Source: an uncultured virus (IMG/VR IMGVR_UViG_3300025674_009014)
Taxonomy: Duplodnaviria; Heunggongvirae; Uroviricota; Caudoviricetes
Reading direction: 5' to 3' (one strand)
DNA length: 64,000 nt
Virus record (IMG/VR): IMGVR_UViG_3300025674_009014
Shown here: positions 1-9,401 of the stretch, one piece after another
How positions within the stretch are numbered: position 1 is the first letter of the stretch
Layout: each line of letters starts with the position of its first letter
The notes under the pieces: generated by a model
What the model was told of the DNA's origin: nothing
Seen by the model: the letters and a program-made list of their open reading frames with translations, nothing else
Database searches by the model: none
Translations under genes and position numbers: made by a program

Positions 1-126
1 AATAATGCTGGTGAAGAAATATTCAATAAAGTTTATAGACAAGTTGTTGGTTTGATCAAAAAACCAGTTAAAAATCCTGTTGGTAAAAAATGGATTCAAT
101 CTGAATTGGAGAAAAAGAAAAGGTAA
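1..126 (+). CDS. 3' end of a gene truncated by the window edge (hypothetical)
   Basis: Open frame 1 NNAGEEIFNKVYRQVVGLIKKPVKNPVGKKWIQSELEKKKR ending in TAA at 124-126, just before the next ATG at 132. Confidence 0.7.
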   Translation, partial: NNAGEEIFNKVYRQVVGLIKKPVKNPVGKKWIQSELEKKKR

Positions 127-131
127 TTACA

Positions 132-911
132 ATGAAAAGTGATTTTGCTATTTTTACAATTGTTCAAAATGAAAAATATTTTTTACCAAAATTAATTAAG
201 TATTATACTCAATATATTGATCCCTTAGATTTTTACGTTTTAGATCATGATAGTAATGATGGATCTACTGATGATTTAGATGTAAACGTTGTAAAAGTTT
301 CCTATGAAAAATCATTCGATCATGAATGGCTAGTTGGCACAGTTGTTGATTTTCAAGAAAAATTGTTGAAAAAATATAAACATGTTATTTTTATTGAGGC
401 GGATGATTTTTTATATACTTTAAAGGGAGATTTTTTATCTCAAATGGCTAATAATTTAAAACATCATGATTATGTTGTGAACACAGGATATAACATTGTT
501 CATGATTTTTTAAATACTGAAAAAGATTCTAACCTCACATATGATGAATTTATGTGTTCCTCAAAACACAGAAAATATTGGTCAAGAAAACCAAATCATG
601 ATAAGGGATTGATTGTTAAGAAAAAGTTGAAATATTCACATGGATTTCATAATGTCATTTCAACAGATGCTATAGGTGTCAGAGATAGTGATTTATTTTT
701 GGCACATTTACATACAGTTGATTGGGATATAAATTTAAAAAGAAATTCACATCGTTTAAAAAATAGAGTTTTGAAAAAAGAAGATTTGGGTGGTTCTCAT
801 AATAAATCTATTGATTTTGATTTACAGAAAAATCATTTTATGTTATTTTTGAAAAATAAAACACTCATTCCTGAAGAACATAAAAATAGAATGATAGAAC
901 TTGGTATTTAA
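132..911 (+). CDS. Glycosyltransferase family 2-like protein
   Basis: N-terminal TIVQNE...YVLDHDSNDGST and FIEADDF (DxD-like) GT-A motifs; sugar-nucleotide gene context. Confidence 0.75.
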   Translation: MKSDFAIFTIVQNEKYFLPKLIKYYTQYIDPLDFYVLDHDSNDGSTDDLDVNVVKVSYEKSFDHEWLVGTVVDFQEKLLKKYKHVIFIEADDFLYTLKGDFLSQMANNLKHHDYVVNTGYNIVHDFLNTEKDSNLTYDEFMCSSKHRKYWSRKPNHDKGLIVKKKLKYSHGFHNVISTDAIGVRDSDLFLAHLHTVDWDINLKRNSHRLKNRVLKKEDLGGSHNKSIDFDLQKNHFMLFLKNKTLIPEEHKNRMIELGI

Positions 912-1996
912 TGTATGATTATTTAATAGTTGGTGCTGGTTTTTTTGGATCGATATGCGCCCGTGAGTTACAGAAAAAAGGCAAAAAAATTCTAGTAATA
1001 GATAGTAGAAATCATGTCGGTGGTAATTGTTACACTGAAAAAAGAGATGATATCAACCTTCATATGTACGGACCGCACATTTTTCATACCTCAAATGAAT
1101 TTGTTTGGAATTGGATAAATCAATATTGCAGTTTTAATGATTTTACATATAGGCCAGTTGCTAATTTTAAAGGTAAAGTTTTTTCTATACCATTTAATAT
1201 GTGGACATTTTCAAAATTGTGGAATATCGTATTACCTGAGGATGCTAAAAATATTATAGAGGAGCAGGGATTTGAAATCAAAGATCCTAAAAATTTAGAA
1301 GAACAAGCAATTAAATTAGTGGGTAAAGATGTGTACAATACCTTAATTAAAGGTTATACTGAAAAGCAATGGAAAAAAGAATGTAAAGAGTTGCCCAAGG
1401 AAATAATCAAAAGGCTTCCTGTTAGATTTAATTATGACAATAATTATTTTAACGACAAATATCAAGGTATACCTATAGGTGGTTATACGCAAATTTTTGA
1501 AAAATTATTAAAAGATATTGACGTTTCATTAAACACAGATTTTTTTAAAAGTAAATTACCTTCTTTCAACAAAATAATATATACTGGTCCGATTGACAAA
1601 TTATTTGATTATAAATTTGGTTATTTAGAATATAAAACAGTTAGTTTAAATCACAGAAAAATTGATTCTGATAATTATCAAGGTGTTGCTGTGATGAATT
1701 TTACAGATATTGAAACTCCTTACACACGCATAATAGAACATAAACATTTTGAAAATATCCATTCTAATACTACATGGTTATCATATGAATATCCTATAGA
1801 ATATAATCCTAAAATTAATGAACCTTTTTATCCAGTTAATGATCAATTCAATAATTCGATTTATCAAAAATACAGAAATGAAATATCAGGTGAATCTAAT
1901 ATATTGGTCGGAGGTAGATTAGGTGAGTATAAGTATTATGACATGGATAAAGTTATTATTTCAGCATTTAAATTTATTGAGGAACTGAATGAATAA
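911..1996 (+). CDS. glf: UDP-galactopyranose mutase
   Basis: GAGFFG FAD motif, HVGGNCY, YGPHIFHT, RLPVRFNYDNNYFNDKYQGIP, GRLGEYKYYDMD: canonical Glf signatures. Confidence 0.95.
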   Translation: MYDYLIVGAGFFGSICARELQKKGKKILVIDSRNHVGGNCYTEKRDDINLHMYGPHIFHTSNEFVWNWINQYCSFNDFTYRPVANFKGKVFSIPFNMWTFSKLWNIVLPEDAKNIIEEQGFEIKDPKNLEEQAIKLVGKDVYNTLIKGYTEKQWKKECKELPKEIIKRLPVRFNYDNNYFNDKYQGIPIGGYTQIFEKLLKDIDVSLNTDFFKSKLPSFNKIIYTGPIDKLFDYKFGYLEYKTVSLNHRKIDSDNYQGVAVMNFTDIETPYTRIIEHKHFENIHSNTTWLSYEYPIEYNPKINEPFYPVNDQFNNSIYQKYRNEISGESNILVGGRLGEYKYYDMDKVIISAFKFIEELNE

Positions 1997-2948
1997 AATA
2001 TTTATTACTGGTATTTCGGGAATGATTGGTTTTCATTTATCGTTACTACTTAAAAAAATGAATTATCATGTAGTTGGTATTGATAACTATAATACTTATT
2101 ATGATGTTAATTTAAAATACGACAGAACAAAAATTTTACAAGAAAGTGGCATAACCGTATTGAATGATGATGTATTGAGAACTAACAAATGGTCGGACTA
2201 TTTGAATAATGTTGATTGCGTTATTCATCTAGCAGCAAGCGTTGGAATTAGACATTCTTCAGAAAATCCATACGAATATATTGAAAATAATATTGTGGCA
2301 ACGCAGAAATTGATAGATGCTTGTTGTAAGAATTCGATCAACAATGTCATATATGCTTCCACCTCATGCGTTCAACATGGTCAAAAATTACCTTTCAAAG
2401 AATCTGATAATCCTGGAATGCAGACAAGTCCTTATGGATATACTAAAAGGGTAAATGAATGTCAATTTTTAGCATCTCAAATTGATAAAACTGTTGGTCT
2501 TAGATTTTTTACTGTTTATGGACCATATGGTCGACCAGACATGGCTTTATTTGATTTCACTAAACATATTTTCAGAGAAAAAGAAATAACATTGTTTAAT
2601 AATGGTGATATGAAAAGAGACTTCACTTATGTTGAAGATATTGTTGATGGTATTTCTTTAGTATTAAAAAAAATATTATCTGATGATAATCACCAAAAAT
2701 ATAATGAAATATACAACATAGGTAGAGGAGAATCGATTAACTTAATGGATTTTGTTCGTGCTATTGAAAAAAATGTTGGAAAAAAAGCATTGATAAAATA
2801 TGGCGAAAAGCATTTTGCGGATTTGAAAGAAACTTGGGCAGATACCTCAGAAATAAAAAAACTAGGTTATGAACCAAAAACATCCATAGAAAATGGTGTT
2901 GAAAAATTTGTTAATTGGTATAGGGAATATTACAAAGGCGAATTGTGA
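1989..2948 (+). CDS. NAD-dependent epimerase, UDP-glucuronate 4-epimerase-like
   Basis: TGISGMIG, HLAASVGIRHS, YGYTK catalytic motif, LRFFTVYGPYGRPDMA, RDFTYVEDIVDG. Confidence 0.9.
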   Translation: MNKIFITGISGMIGFHLSLLLKKMNYHVVGIDNYNTYYDVNLKYDRTKILQESGITVLNDDVLRTNKWSDYLNNVDCVIHLAASVGIRHSSENPYEYIENNIVATQKLIDACCKNSINNVIYASTSCVQHGQKLPFKESDNPGMQTSPYGYTKRVNECQFLASQIDKTVGLRFFTVYGPYGRPDMALFDFTKHIFREKEITLFNNGDMKRDFTYVEDIVDGISLVLKKILSDDNHQKYNEIYNIGRGESINLMDFVRAIEKNVGKKALIKYGEKHFADLKETWADTSEIKKLGYEPKTSIENGVEKFVNWYREYYKGEL

Positions 2949-3745
2949 AAAAATTGCTCTGTATACTTTCAACTGGAAGAAGTGGTACAAGTGTATTATC
3001 AAATATTGCCAGTTCTATAAGATTCAAATTATCTGATCATTTAATTGGTGGACATCCTACCAACGTAAAAGGACATTTTGAAGATGTTATTATAATGAAC
3101 AGAAATGAGCATTTTTTACAAACTATAGGAAAAAATTTTTGGTCCACAAAAAAATTTTCAAATGAAGAAAACGATTATTTTAGAACTAGATATTCTGATG
3201 AAATGGTTTTATATTTGAATAATCTGTTGACTGTCAAAGAAAATCTTGTAATTAAGGAACCTAGAATTTCTAAAACTTTTCATTTATGGCAAGAAATATT
3301 TTCTAAAATAGATTGTAAAATTTATTTTTTAGTTTTATATAGATCTCCTTTATTGTATACTAAATCAACAATAAAAGCTTATCAAAATATTGATATTTCT
3401 AAGGGTGCAAAAGTTTGGTTTTATCACAATTATAATATTTTAAATAATTTAAAAGATACGGATAATGTTTTGTATTTGAATTTTTCTGAATTTATTAAGG
3501 ATATTCCAAATCACACTATAAAACTATCAAATTTTGTTGATGAGTCTGTTGATTATCCAAAATTTATAGAATATTATTCTAGTTTTTATGAGAAAAATTT
3601 GGTTAGTTTTACAGTTGATGAAAAATGTGGAGTTAGTTATGCGGATGAATTGTTTGATCTAATGGAAACTTTAAATAATAAAAATTTTGGTTTTATGAAA
3701 AATGAAATAAAAAAATGGAATTTGGATAATATATTAAATAATTGA
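2945..3745 (+). CDS. Sulfotransferase family protein
   Basis: STGRSGTS PAPS-binding loop, NVKGHFED, IKEPR, LYRSP; GTG start overlapping the upstream stop. Confidence 0.75.
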   Translation: MKKLLCILSTGRSGTSVLSNIASSIRFKLSDHLIGGHPTNVKGHFEDVIIMNRNEHFLQTIGKNFWSTKKFSNEENDYFRTRYSDEMVLYLNNLLTVKENLVIKEPRISKTFHLWQEIFSKIDCKIYFLVLYRSPLLYTKSTIKAYQNIDISKGAKVWFYHNYNILNNLKDTDNVLYLNFSEFIKDIPNHTIKLSNFVDESVDYPKFIEYYSSFYEKNLVSFTVDEKCGVSYADELFDLMETLNNKNFGFMKNEIKKWNLDNILNN

Positions 3746-3756
3746 AAAGGTGTTAA

Positions 3757-4788
3757 ATGAGTAAAACTATTTTATTGACAGGCGGTGCAGGATTTATTGC
3801 TCATCATTTTATTGAAGAAACTTTAAATAAAACAGATTATAATATAGTCACATTGGATCGTATTGATTTTGGTGGTAACTTAAATCGAATGGTAGACATA
3901 TTAAAAAATAATTCTGAAAGAAAAAGAGTGAGAACTGTTTGGCATGATTTGAAATCTCCCATAAATTCTCAAATATCTTCACATATCGGTAAGATAGATT
4001 ACATTATTCATATGGCAGCTGGATCACATGTTGATCGTAGCATTGAATATCCGATGGAATTCGTAATGGATAATGTTGTCGGTACTGTTAATCTCTTGGA
4101 TTTTGCTAAAGGAATTGACAATTTAGAACGTTTTATTTATTTTAGCACGGACGAAGTATTTGGTCCTGCTCCGAATGGAATAAAATTTAAAGAATGGGAT
4201 CGATACAATTCTGGAAATCCATACAGTGCATCGAAGGCAGGAGCTGAGGAAATGGTTGTTGCTTATGAAAATACATATAAAATACCAACTTATATTACAC
4301 ACACGATGAATGTTTTTGGAGAAAGACAGCATCCTGAAAAATATATACCAATGTGTATTCGAAAAGTTAGAGATGATGAGCATATTACAGTCCATTCAAA
4401 TCCTGAAAAAACTGTAGCGGGATCTAGACATTATATTCATGCAAAAGATGTTGCAGAAGGTGTTCATTTTTTAATGAATGCTAAAGTTGATGTAAACGAT
4501 AGAACCAATGATGCAGTGGGTGTTGGTAAAAATTTTAAATTTAATTTAGTTGGACCTGAAGAAATTGATAATTTAACACTTGCATCAATAATTGCCAATG
4601 TGCAGAATAAAAAATTAAAATATGAAATGGTCGATTTTCACTCTCAAAGGCCGGGTCACGATTTGAGATATGCACTAGATGGTAGTTTGATGCAAAAATT
4701 AGGATGGCAACCAAAAATTAAATTTACAGATAGAGTATCAGAAGTTGTAGATTGGTCTTTGAAAAACCCAGTTTGGTTGGAAATTTAA
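3757..4788 (+). CDS. rmlB: dTDP-glucose 4,6-dehydratase
   Basis: TGGAGFIA, HMAAGSHVDRSI, STDEVFG, PYSASKA, RPGHDLRYALD. Confidence 0.9.
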   Translation: MSKTILLTGGAGFIAHHFIEETLNKTDYNIVTLDRIDFGGNLNRMVDILKNNSERKRVRTVWHDLKSPINSQISSHIGKIDYIIHMAAGSHVDRSIEYPMEFVMDNVVGTVNLLDFAKGIDNLERFIYFSTDEVFGPAPNGIKFKEWDRYNSGNPYSASKAGAEEMVVAYENTYKIPTYITHTMNVFGERQHPEKYIPMCIRKVRDDEHITVHSNPEKTVAGSRHYIHAKDVAEGVHFLMNAKVDVNDRTNDAVGVGKNFKFNLVGPEEIDNLTLASIIANVQNKKLKYEMVDFHSQRPGHDLRYALDGSLMQKLGWQPKIKFTDRVSEVVDWSLKNPVWLEI

Positions 4789-4974
4789 ATGAATATTTGT
4801 ATATATTGTAGATATGTGAATGATGATTCCGAAGAAATTTGTAAAAATTGCGGAAATTCACTTGACATAATTAATGGAAAAAACTATAATAAGGGTAAAG
4901 TTAAAGGAAAACTTTATGCAAATTCGAATAAAAAACGAGGAATTAGAATTTCCTTGGTCCTTGGATTATTATAG
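4789..4974 (+). CDS. Small zinc-ribbon protein
   Basis: CIYC...CKNC pairs; starts immediately after the rmlB stop; 3' part overlaps a promoter and the next gene. Confidence 0.45.
   Translation: MNICIYCRYVNDDSEEICKNCGNSLDIINGKNYNKGKVKGKLYANSNKKRGIRISLVLGLL
4862..4890 (+). promoter_or_regulatory. Sigma70-type promoter
   Basis: TTGACA-N17-TATAAT perfect consensus, upstream of AAGGA RBS and ATG at 4916. Confidence 0.8.
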
Positions 4975-5173
4975 ATTCAATAAACTTCATAATGTAGGTA
5001 TAGATTATGCCACACAAACTCTAGATGCTGTAGATATGCATGACAATTATTCATATGTGACTATACTTTATTTTAAAAAATATGGTATAGTAATGGATAA
5101 TAGATTTAATTCTTATGATATAATACAAGATGATGATGGTTTCCTGATTGAAATTCACCCTAAAAAAATGTGA
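4916..5173 (+). CDS. Hypothetical protein
   Basis: ORF 4874..5173; ATG 4916 chosen because it follows the promoter and an AAGGA RBS. Confidence 0.6.
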   Translation: MQIRIKNEELEFPWSLDYYRFNKLHNVGIDYATQTLDAVDMHDNYSYVTILYFKKYGIVMDNRFNSYDIIQDDDGFLIEIHPKKM

Positions 5174-5179
5174 GGTTTT

Positions 5180-5668
5180 ATGGGCTTAGATATGTATGTT
5201 AGAGTAGTTCGAAAATGGGATATTGTTGATTTAGAAAAATTTACAAAAACTATAATTAATTCTATGAGTCTAAATGTTAATGATAAAGATGTAGATTTTG
5301 ATTTAAAGGAATACATAACTAGATATCCTACTATTATGATTCCTTATGGTGTGGGTAGTGAATTGTGTTATTGGCGCAAACACCCTAATTTGCATGGTTG
5401 GATGAAAAATTTATTTTATGATAAAGGTGGTGAGAGTGAAACAGGTTTTAACAATGACATTGTTTTTCTAATGAAGAAAGATGTTTTGAAACTTAAAGAA
5501 GATATTGAGAATGATAAATTGCCTGATACTCAAGGATTCTTTTTTGGAGAGTCGTATTTAGATGATGAGGATAGAGAATGGAGAAACACTCATGATATGG
5601 AATGTATTGATAAAATGTTAAAGTCATTAGATTCTGGTGACTTGATTTATTATTCATCATCTTGGTAA
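5180..5668 (+). CDS. Conserved phage protein (MGLDMY...YWRKHPNLHGWM...YYSSSW family)
   Basis: Recognisable motif set MGLDMY / YWRKH / LPDTQGFFFG / YxSSW; GAGG RBS. Confidence 0.75.
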   Translation: MGLDMYVRVVRKWDIVDLEKFTKTIINSMSLNVNDKDVDFDLKEYITRYPTIMIPYGVGSELCYWRKHPNLHGWMKNLFYDKGGESETGFNNDIVFLMKKDVLKLKEDIENDKLPDTQGFFFGESYLDDEDREWRNTHDMECIDKMLKSLDSGDLIYYSSSW

Positions 5669-5678
5669 GGTAATAGAC

Positions 5679-6605
5679 ATGAAAATCATATCCGGAAACA
5701 GTAATATTGATCTATCCACAAAAATTTCTGAGTATCTTGATATTAAACTTACTGATGCCAGTTTAGGGAAATTTTCTGATGGTGAAATAAACTTTCAGAT
5801 TTTAGAAAATGTTAGAGGTGAAGATTGTTATGTTGTTCAAACATTATCTTCCTGCGAATCTATAATGTCATTGTTCATTATGGGGGATGCTTTAAAACGT
5901 GCGAGTGCTGGACGTATAACCGCTGTTGTACCCTATTATGGATATGCCAGACAAGACAGAAAATCTAGAAGTAGAACACCTATCACTGCAAAATTACTTG
6001 CAGATTTAATTCAGACAACTGGTTTTGATAGAGTTATTACTATGGATTTACATGCCGGACAAATACAAGGTTTTTTCAATATACCAGTTGATGATTTATA
6101 TGCAAAAAAATCTTTTATCAAAGATATTGAAAAAAAGAATTTAGAAAATTTGTGTATTGTATCACCAGATGCTGGTGGAGCACCTAGAGCAAGGAGTATT
6201 GCTAAACCATTAAACGCATCATTAGCAATTATAGATAAAAGGAGAGAGGTTGCGAATAAGTCAGAAGTTATGCATGTAATCGGAGATGTCGAAGAAAAGA
6301 ACTGTATTATAGTTGATGATATAGCCGATACGTGTGGAACACTATCAAATGCTGCTAGTGCGTTGAAAAAAAATGGAGCAAAAAAAGTTAGTGCTTATAT
6401 CACACACGGAGTTTTGAGTGGTCCTGCTGTGGAAAGAATTTTAGAATCACAGTTAGATGAACTTGTAATTACAGATACTATTCATTATGATAGAACAATA
6501 AACAAAGATACTAATAAAATTAGAGTTGTTAGTGTTTATCATGTTTTTGCTGAAGCAATTAGAAGAGTACATAATGATGAGAGTGTGTCAAATTTATTTA
6601 CTTAA
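5679..6605 (+). CDS. prs: Ribose-phosphate pyrophosphokinase
   Basis: FSDGE, PYYGYARQDRK, DLHAGQIQGFF, VSPDAGG, IVDDIADTCGT PRPP-binding motif. Confidence 0.97.
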   Translation: MKIISGNSNIDLSTKISEYLDIKLTDASLGKFSDGEINFQILENVRGEDCYVVQTLSSCESIMSLFIMGDALKRASAGRITAVVPYYGYARQDRKSRSRTPITAKLLADLIQTTGFDRVITMDLHAGQIQGFFNIPVDDLYAKKSFIKDIEKKNLENLCIVSPDAGGAPRARSIAKPLNASLAIIDKRREVANKSEVMHVIGDVEEKNCIIVDDIADTCGTLSNAASALKKNGAKKVSAYITHGVLSGPAVERILESQLDELVITDTIHYDRTINKDTNKIRVVSVYHVFAEAIRRVHNDESVSNLFT

Positions 6606-6622
6606 TTATTAAAGGTGTTTAT

Positions 6623-6805
6623 ATGAAAAAAAATAAATATTTTCGTCAAAAAAATGCTGTCGAAAGGTTTGAAAAAACAGTGGAAAAATATCAGCATATG
6701 TTAAAAAATCTCAAGCGTGATGATGAGGAATATAAAAAAGTAGAGTTGAAATTAAGTAGAATGACCATTGCTTTAGAAAATACTATAAAGAATATGAAAA
6801 AATGA
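6623..6805 (+). CDS. Hypothetical small coiled-coil protein
   Basis: 60-aa ORF with AAGG RBS, coupled to the downstream gene. Confidence 0.6.
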   Translation: MKKNKYFRQKNAVERFEKTVEKYQHMLKNLKRDDEEYKKVELKLSRMTIALENTIKNMKK

Positions 6806-7095
6806 TGAATTCATCGCATGGTAATCCCATCAATAAACTACAACAATTGATGATAATTACTGCAGAAGAGTGTGGAGAACTTACACAACGATGTAGTAAA
6901 ATAGTTCGCAAATATGAAACTATCGATCAAATTGAGGAAGAACAGCGTATTAAATTTTTAGAAGAGGCTGGTGATGTTTATTGTATGCTAGAATTATTAG
7001 TAGACCATAAGATTACAAACTGGGATGAATTAAAAAAGAGATCTCAAGTAAAACGTCAAAAACTAAAAATATGGAGTGACTTGATCAATGAATAA
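6802..7095 (+). CDS. MazG-like nucleotide pyrophosphohydrolase
   Basis: EECGEL...EEAGDV acidic helix pair typical of all-alpha NTP pyrophosphatases. Confidence 0.75.
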   Translation: MMNSSHGNPINKLQQLMIITAEECGELTQRCSKIVRKYETIDQIEEEQRIKFLEEAGDVYCMLELLVDHKITNWDELKKRSQVKRQKLKIWSDLINE

Positions 7096-8044
7096 TCAAG
7101 AAAATTTAGTGCATCTGATAGAAGGAAAAACTAAAATATTAGAATCTTATATTGATGAAAAAATTGATTATAAAAATTTAGTTAAAATCACAACAAAAAA
7201 TGTTTTGACTGCAAATGATGCATTAAAAAAAGATGATGTTGGTGTTGCTTCCTATAAAACAAATCAAACTTGCAGTATTTTTAGGTTTTTAGAGGATAAT
7301 AATATACCAACATCATTTGTAAAACAATTAGATAGTTTTAGTTTTGTTGCAAAACAATGCAAAATGTTGCCTTATGAGTGCGTGATTAGAAGAAGAGCCT
7401 ATGGTTCTTTTTTAAAAAGATATCCTAATGTAGAAGAAGCTACAAAATTTTACGTTCCACATGTTGAATTTTTTCATAAGTATGCACTAATTCCTACCGT
7501 TTTATCACATGAAGATTCAAATGCAATAACGAATATTCCCAAATTGATTCCAGAAGAACAAGCTAGAAAGTTTTATTTGAAGAATGGTGAATGGACAGTT
7601 CCTGTAGAAACAGATCCTTTGTTGGTTTGGAACTTTGGAGAATGGAGAGATAAGAATCAAGATAATGAATCAAAAATAGGATTTAAATATGATTTATATT
7701 CAGCAAAAAAACCAACAGAAGAAAAATTGCTACAAATAGATTCTATAATTAATGTTAGAGAATATTTGGAAATTATGGATTTGATAAAAAGTGTTTTTCA
7801 TTTACTAGAAAAAAGATTTAATGATTTTGATATAGAATTAATAGATTTAAAATTAGAAGTTGGTTATGATTTCGATCATGGTAAATTAATTATTGGAGAT
7901 GTTATTGATAACGACAGTTGGAGAATATGGCCTATGGGTGATAAAAATAATCAATTAGATAAACAGGCATATCGTGATGGAGATTCATTGGATAATATAA
8001 TCAGTAATTATAAGAAAGTTTCGGATATAGTAAAAATGTTTTAG
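7088..8044 (+). CDS. purC: SAICAR synthetase (PAICS-type) with insertions
   Basis: EGKTK, ECVIRRRAYGSFLKR, LIDLKLEVG, DVIDNDSWRIWP, LDKQAYR. Confidence 0.9.
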   Translation: MNNQENLVHLIEGKTKILESYIDEKIDYKNLVKITTKNVLTANDALKKDDVGVASYKTNQTCSIFRFLEDNNIPTSFVKQLDSFSFVAKQCKMLPYECVIRRRAYGSFLKRYPNVEEATKFYVPHVEFFHKYALIPTVLSHEDSNAITNIPKLIPEEQARKFYLKNGEWTVPVETDPLLVWNFGEWRDKNQDNESKIGFKYDLYSAKKPTEEKLLQIDSIINVREYLEIMDLIKSVFHLLEKRFNDFDIELIDLKLEVGYDFDHGKLIIGDVIDNDSWRIWPMGDKNNQLDKQAYRDGDSLDNIISNYKKVSDIVKMF

Positions 8045-8079
8045 TTTTTTTAATTACATAAAAACCTGGGAGACGGAGC

Positions 8080-8307
8080 ATGGGAGAAATCCGAGAGTGG
8101 TTTATGAAGCCAACCTTGTATTATTGGATGATTAGTCATAATAATGAAGAGATTGGTAAAACTAAATCCTTTCAAATTTTCGACTGGGAGAGATCTGATA
8201 TAATTGAAGAAAGAGAATATTTAATGGAAAATTCTAAATTCAATAAAAAAACCCTGACAATAACTTTAGTAAAAATAGAAGAAAGTGTATTGACAAAAAA
8301 AGATTAA
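8080..8307 (+). CDS. Hypothetical protein
   Basis: 75-aa ORF with purine-rich RBS. Confidence 0.5.
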   Translation: MGEIREWFMKPTLYYWMISHNNEEIGKTKSFQIFDWERSDIIEEREYLMENSKFNKKTLTITLVKIEESVLTKKD

Positions 8308-8318
8308 TCTGTTATCAT
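8290..8318 (+). promoter_or_regulatory. Sigma70-type promoter for the tRNA pair
   Basis: TTGACA-N17-TATCAT with extended -10 TG, 15 nt upstream of tRNA-Arg. Confidence 0.7.
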
Positions 8319-8333
8319 TATATTTCAGTCAGT

Positions 8334-8408
8334 GTTCCGATAGTTAAACGGATATAACAGTGGACTTCTAATCCTCTATTCCAGGTTCGATTCCTGGTCG
8401 GAACGCCA
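8334..8408 (+). tRNA. tRNA-Arg(UCU)
   Basis: Acceptor stem GTTCCGA/TCGGAAC, anticodon loop CT-TCT-AA, T-arm GGTTCGATTCC, encoded CCA. Confidence 0.93.
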
Positions 8409-8413
8409 TTTGA

Positions 8414-8490
8414 GGACCCTTAGCTCAATAGGTTAGAGCATCCGACTCATAATCGGCAGGTTCTCGGTTCAAGTCCGAGAGGGTCCACCA
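8414..8490 (+). tRNA. tRNA with CAU anticodon, most similar to tRNA-Ile2 (lysidine type); elongator Met not excluded
   Basis: Acceptor stem GGACCCT/AGGGTCC, D-arm TAGCTCA..GGTTAGAGC, loop CT-CAT-AA, GGTTCAAGTCC, CCA end; overall pattern resembles bacterial Ile2 tRNAs. Confidence 0.9.
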
Positions 8491-8539
8491 CTTCTCATCA
8501 AATCATAAATATTCCTAACATAACTCACATGAGGCAACA

Positions 8540-8725
8540 ATGATTCAAGAATACGCAATAATGGCACAAATAATCGCATTTATGTTGGGGTTTTTAGTGC
8601 AAAAAATTTTTTCAAATATAAGAGAATCTACTTTTTTGAGTTATTTATCGGATGAAACTTTGAATAATATTCATCAAGATCTAAGAAATCATAATAGGAA
8701 ACAATATGACGAAGAAGGAAATTAA
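8540..8725 (+). CDS. Hypothetical membrane protein
   Basis: GAGG RBS; N-terminal hydrophobic helix. Confidence 0.6.
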   Translation: MIQEYAIMAQIIAFMLGFLVQKIFSNIRESTFLSYLSDETLNNIHQDLRNHNRKQYDEEGN

Positions 8726-8957
8726 AGATGTAGTAGAAATGTTAGAGCAAGGACCCATACTAATTCGTATGGCAAAAGAGATGATAGCAAATTTGCCTAA
8801 ATCTCCTGCAAGAAATGAATTGATAAAAAACTTATTATCGGTTAGAAAATCTCTGATTCAGTTAGATGTATGTCTAGAAGATATCGAATGGTCGATAGCA
8901 CAATGTCAAGTTTTAGAAATTGAGAAGAACGAGAAGAATCAAAAATCACCCACCTAA
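8706..8957 (+). CDS. Hypothetical protein
   Basis: AGGA RBS, overlaps the previous stop. Confidence 0.6.
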   Translation: MTKKEIKDVVEMLEQGPILIRMAKEMIANLPKSPARNELIKNLLSVRKSLIQLDVCLEDIEWSIAQCQVLEIEKNEKNQKSPT

Positions 8958-8980
8958 TTTTAATATTTTATAATGGTTTT

Positions 8981-9343
8981 ATGATGAAAAATGTTTTTCA
9001 AGCATGTTGTGATTTGCAAGGTTTCAATTTAACATCATCAATGAAAAGAGATCATTTATTTGATCTAATTTATGCCTACGGTTTAAATGATACCGTAGGT
9101 TTAGGTTTTTACAAGGCGAAAACAAAATTTGGTGCCAATTACTGCGGCTTTAGTTTTAGAACAGTTGATAAAATAAACGGAGATGTGAGAATATTTTCTT
9201 CTAGAGCAATTATGATTACTTGGACATCTTCTCCTTTGAATGAATTTAATAAAAAGGTTAATTTAAAGAGTATTGAATCTTTTCATACTTGGGTGAAGAA
9301 CAAGAGCAATGAACTAAATTCTTTAGTTAAAAATGTCGCATAA
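8981..9343 (+). CDS. Hypothetical protein
   Basis: 120-aa ORF in co-oriented run. Confidence 0.6.
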   Translation: MMKNVFQACCDLQGFNLTSSMKRDHLFDLIYAYGLNDTVGLGFYKAKTKFGANYCGFSFRTVDKINGDVRIFSSRAIMITWTSSPLNEFNKKVNLKSIESFHTWVKNKSNELNSLVKNVA

Positions 9344-9401
9344 ATATAATAATAATTTTTTAGTGATAAAAAATAAATTTTTATATATATCGGAGAATTA
9401 C

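Noticed and set aside
9075..9099. Hairpin CCTACGGT-N9-ACCGTAGG
   Set aside because: Inside a coding region with only a weak U-tract; not supportable as a terminator.
8504..9346. T4 late-promoter-like CATAAATA at 8504-8511 and 9339-9346
   Set aside because: Plausible position (the second precedes the cell wall hydrolase) but one mismatch from TATAAATA and too likely by chance in such AT-rich DNA.
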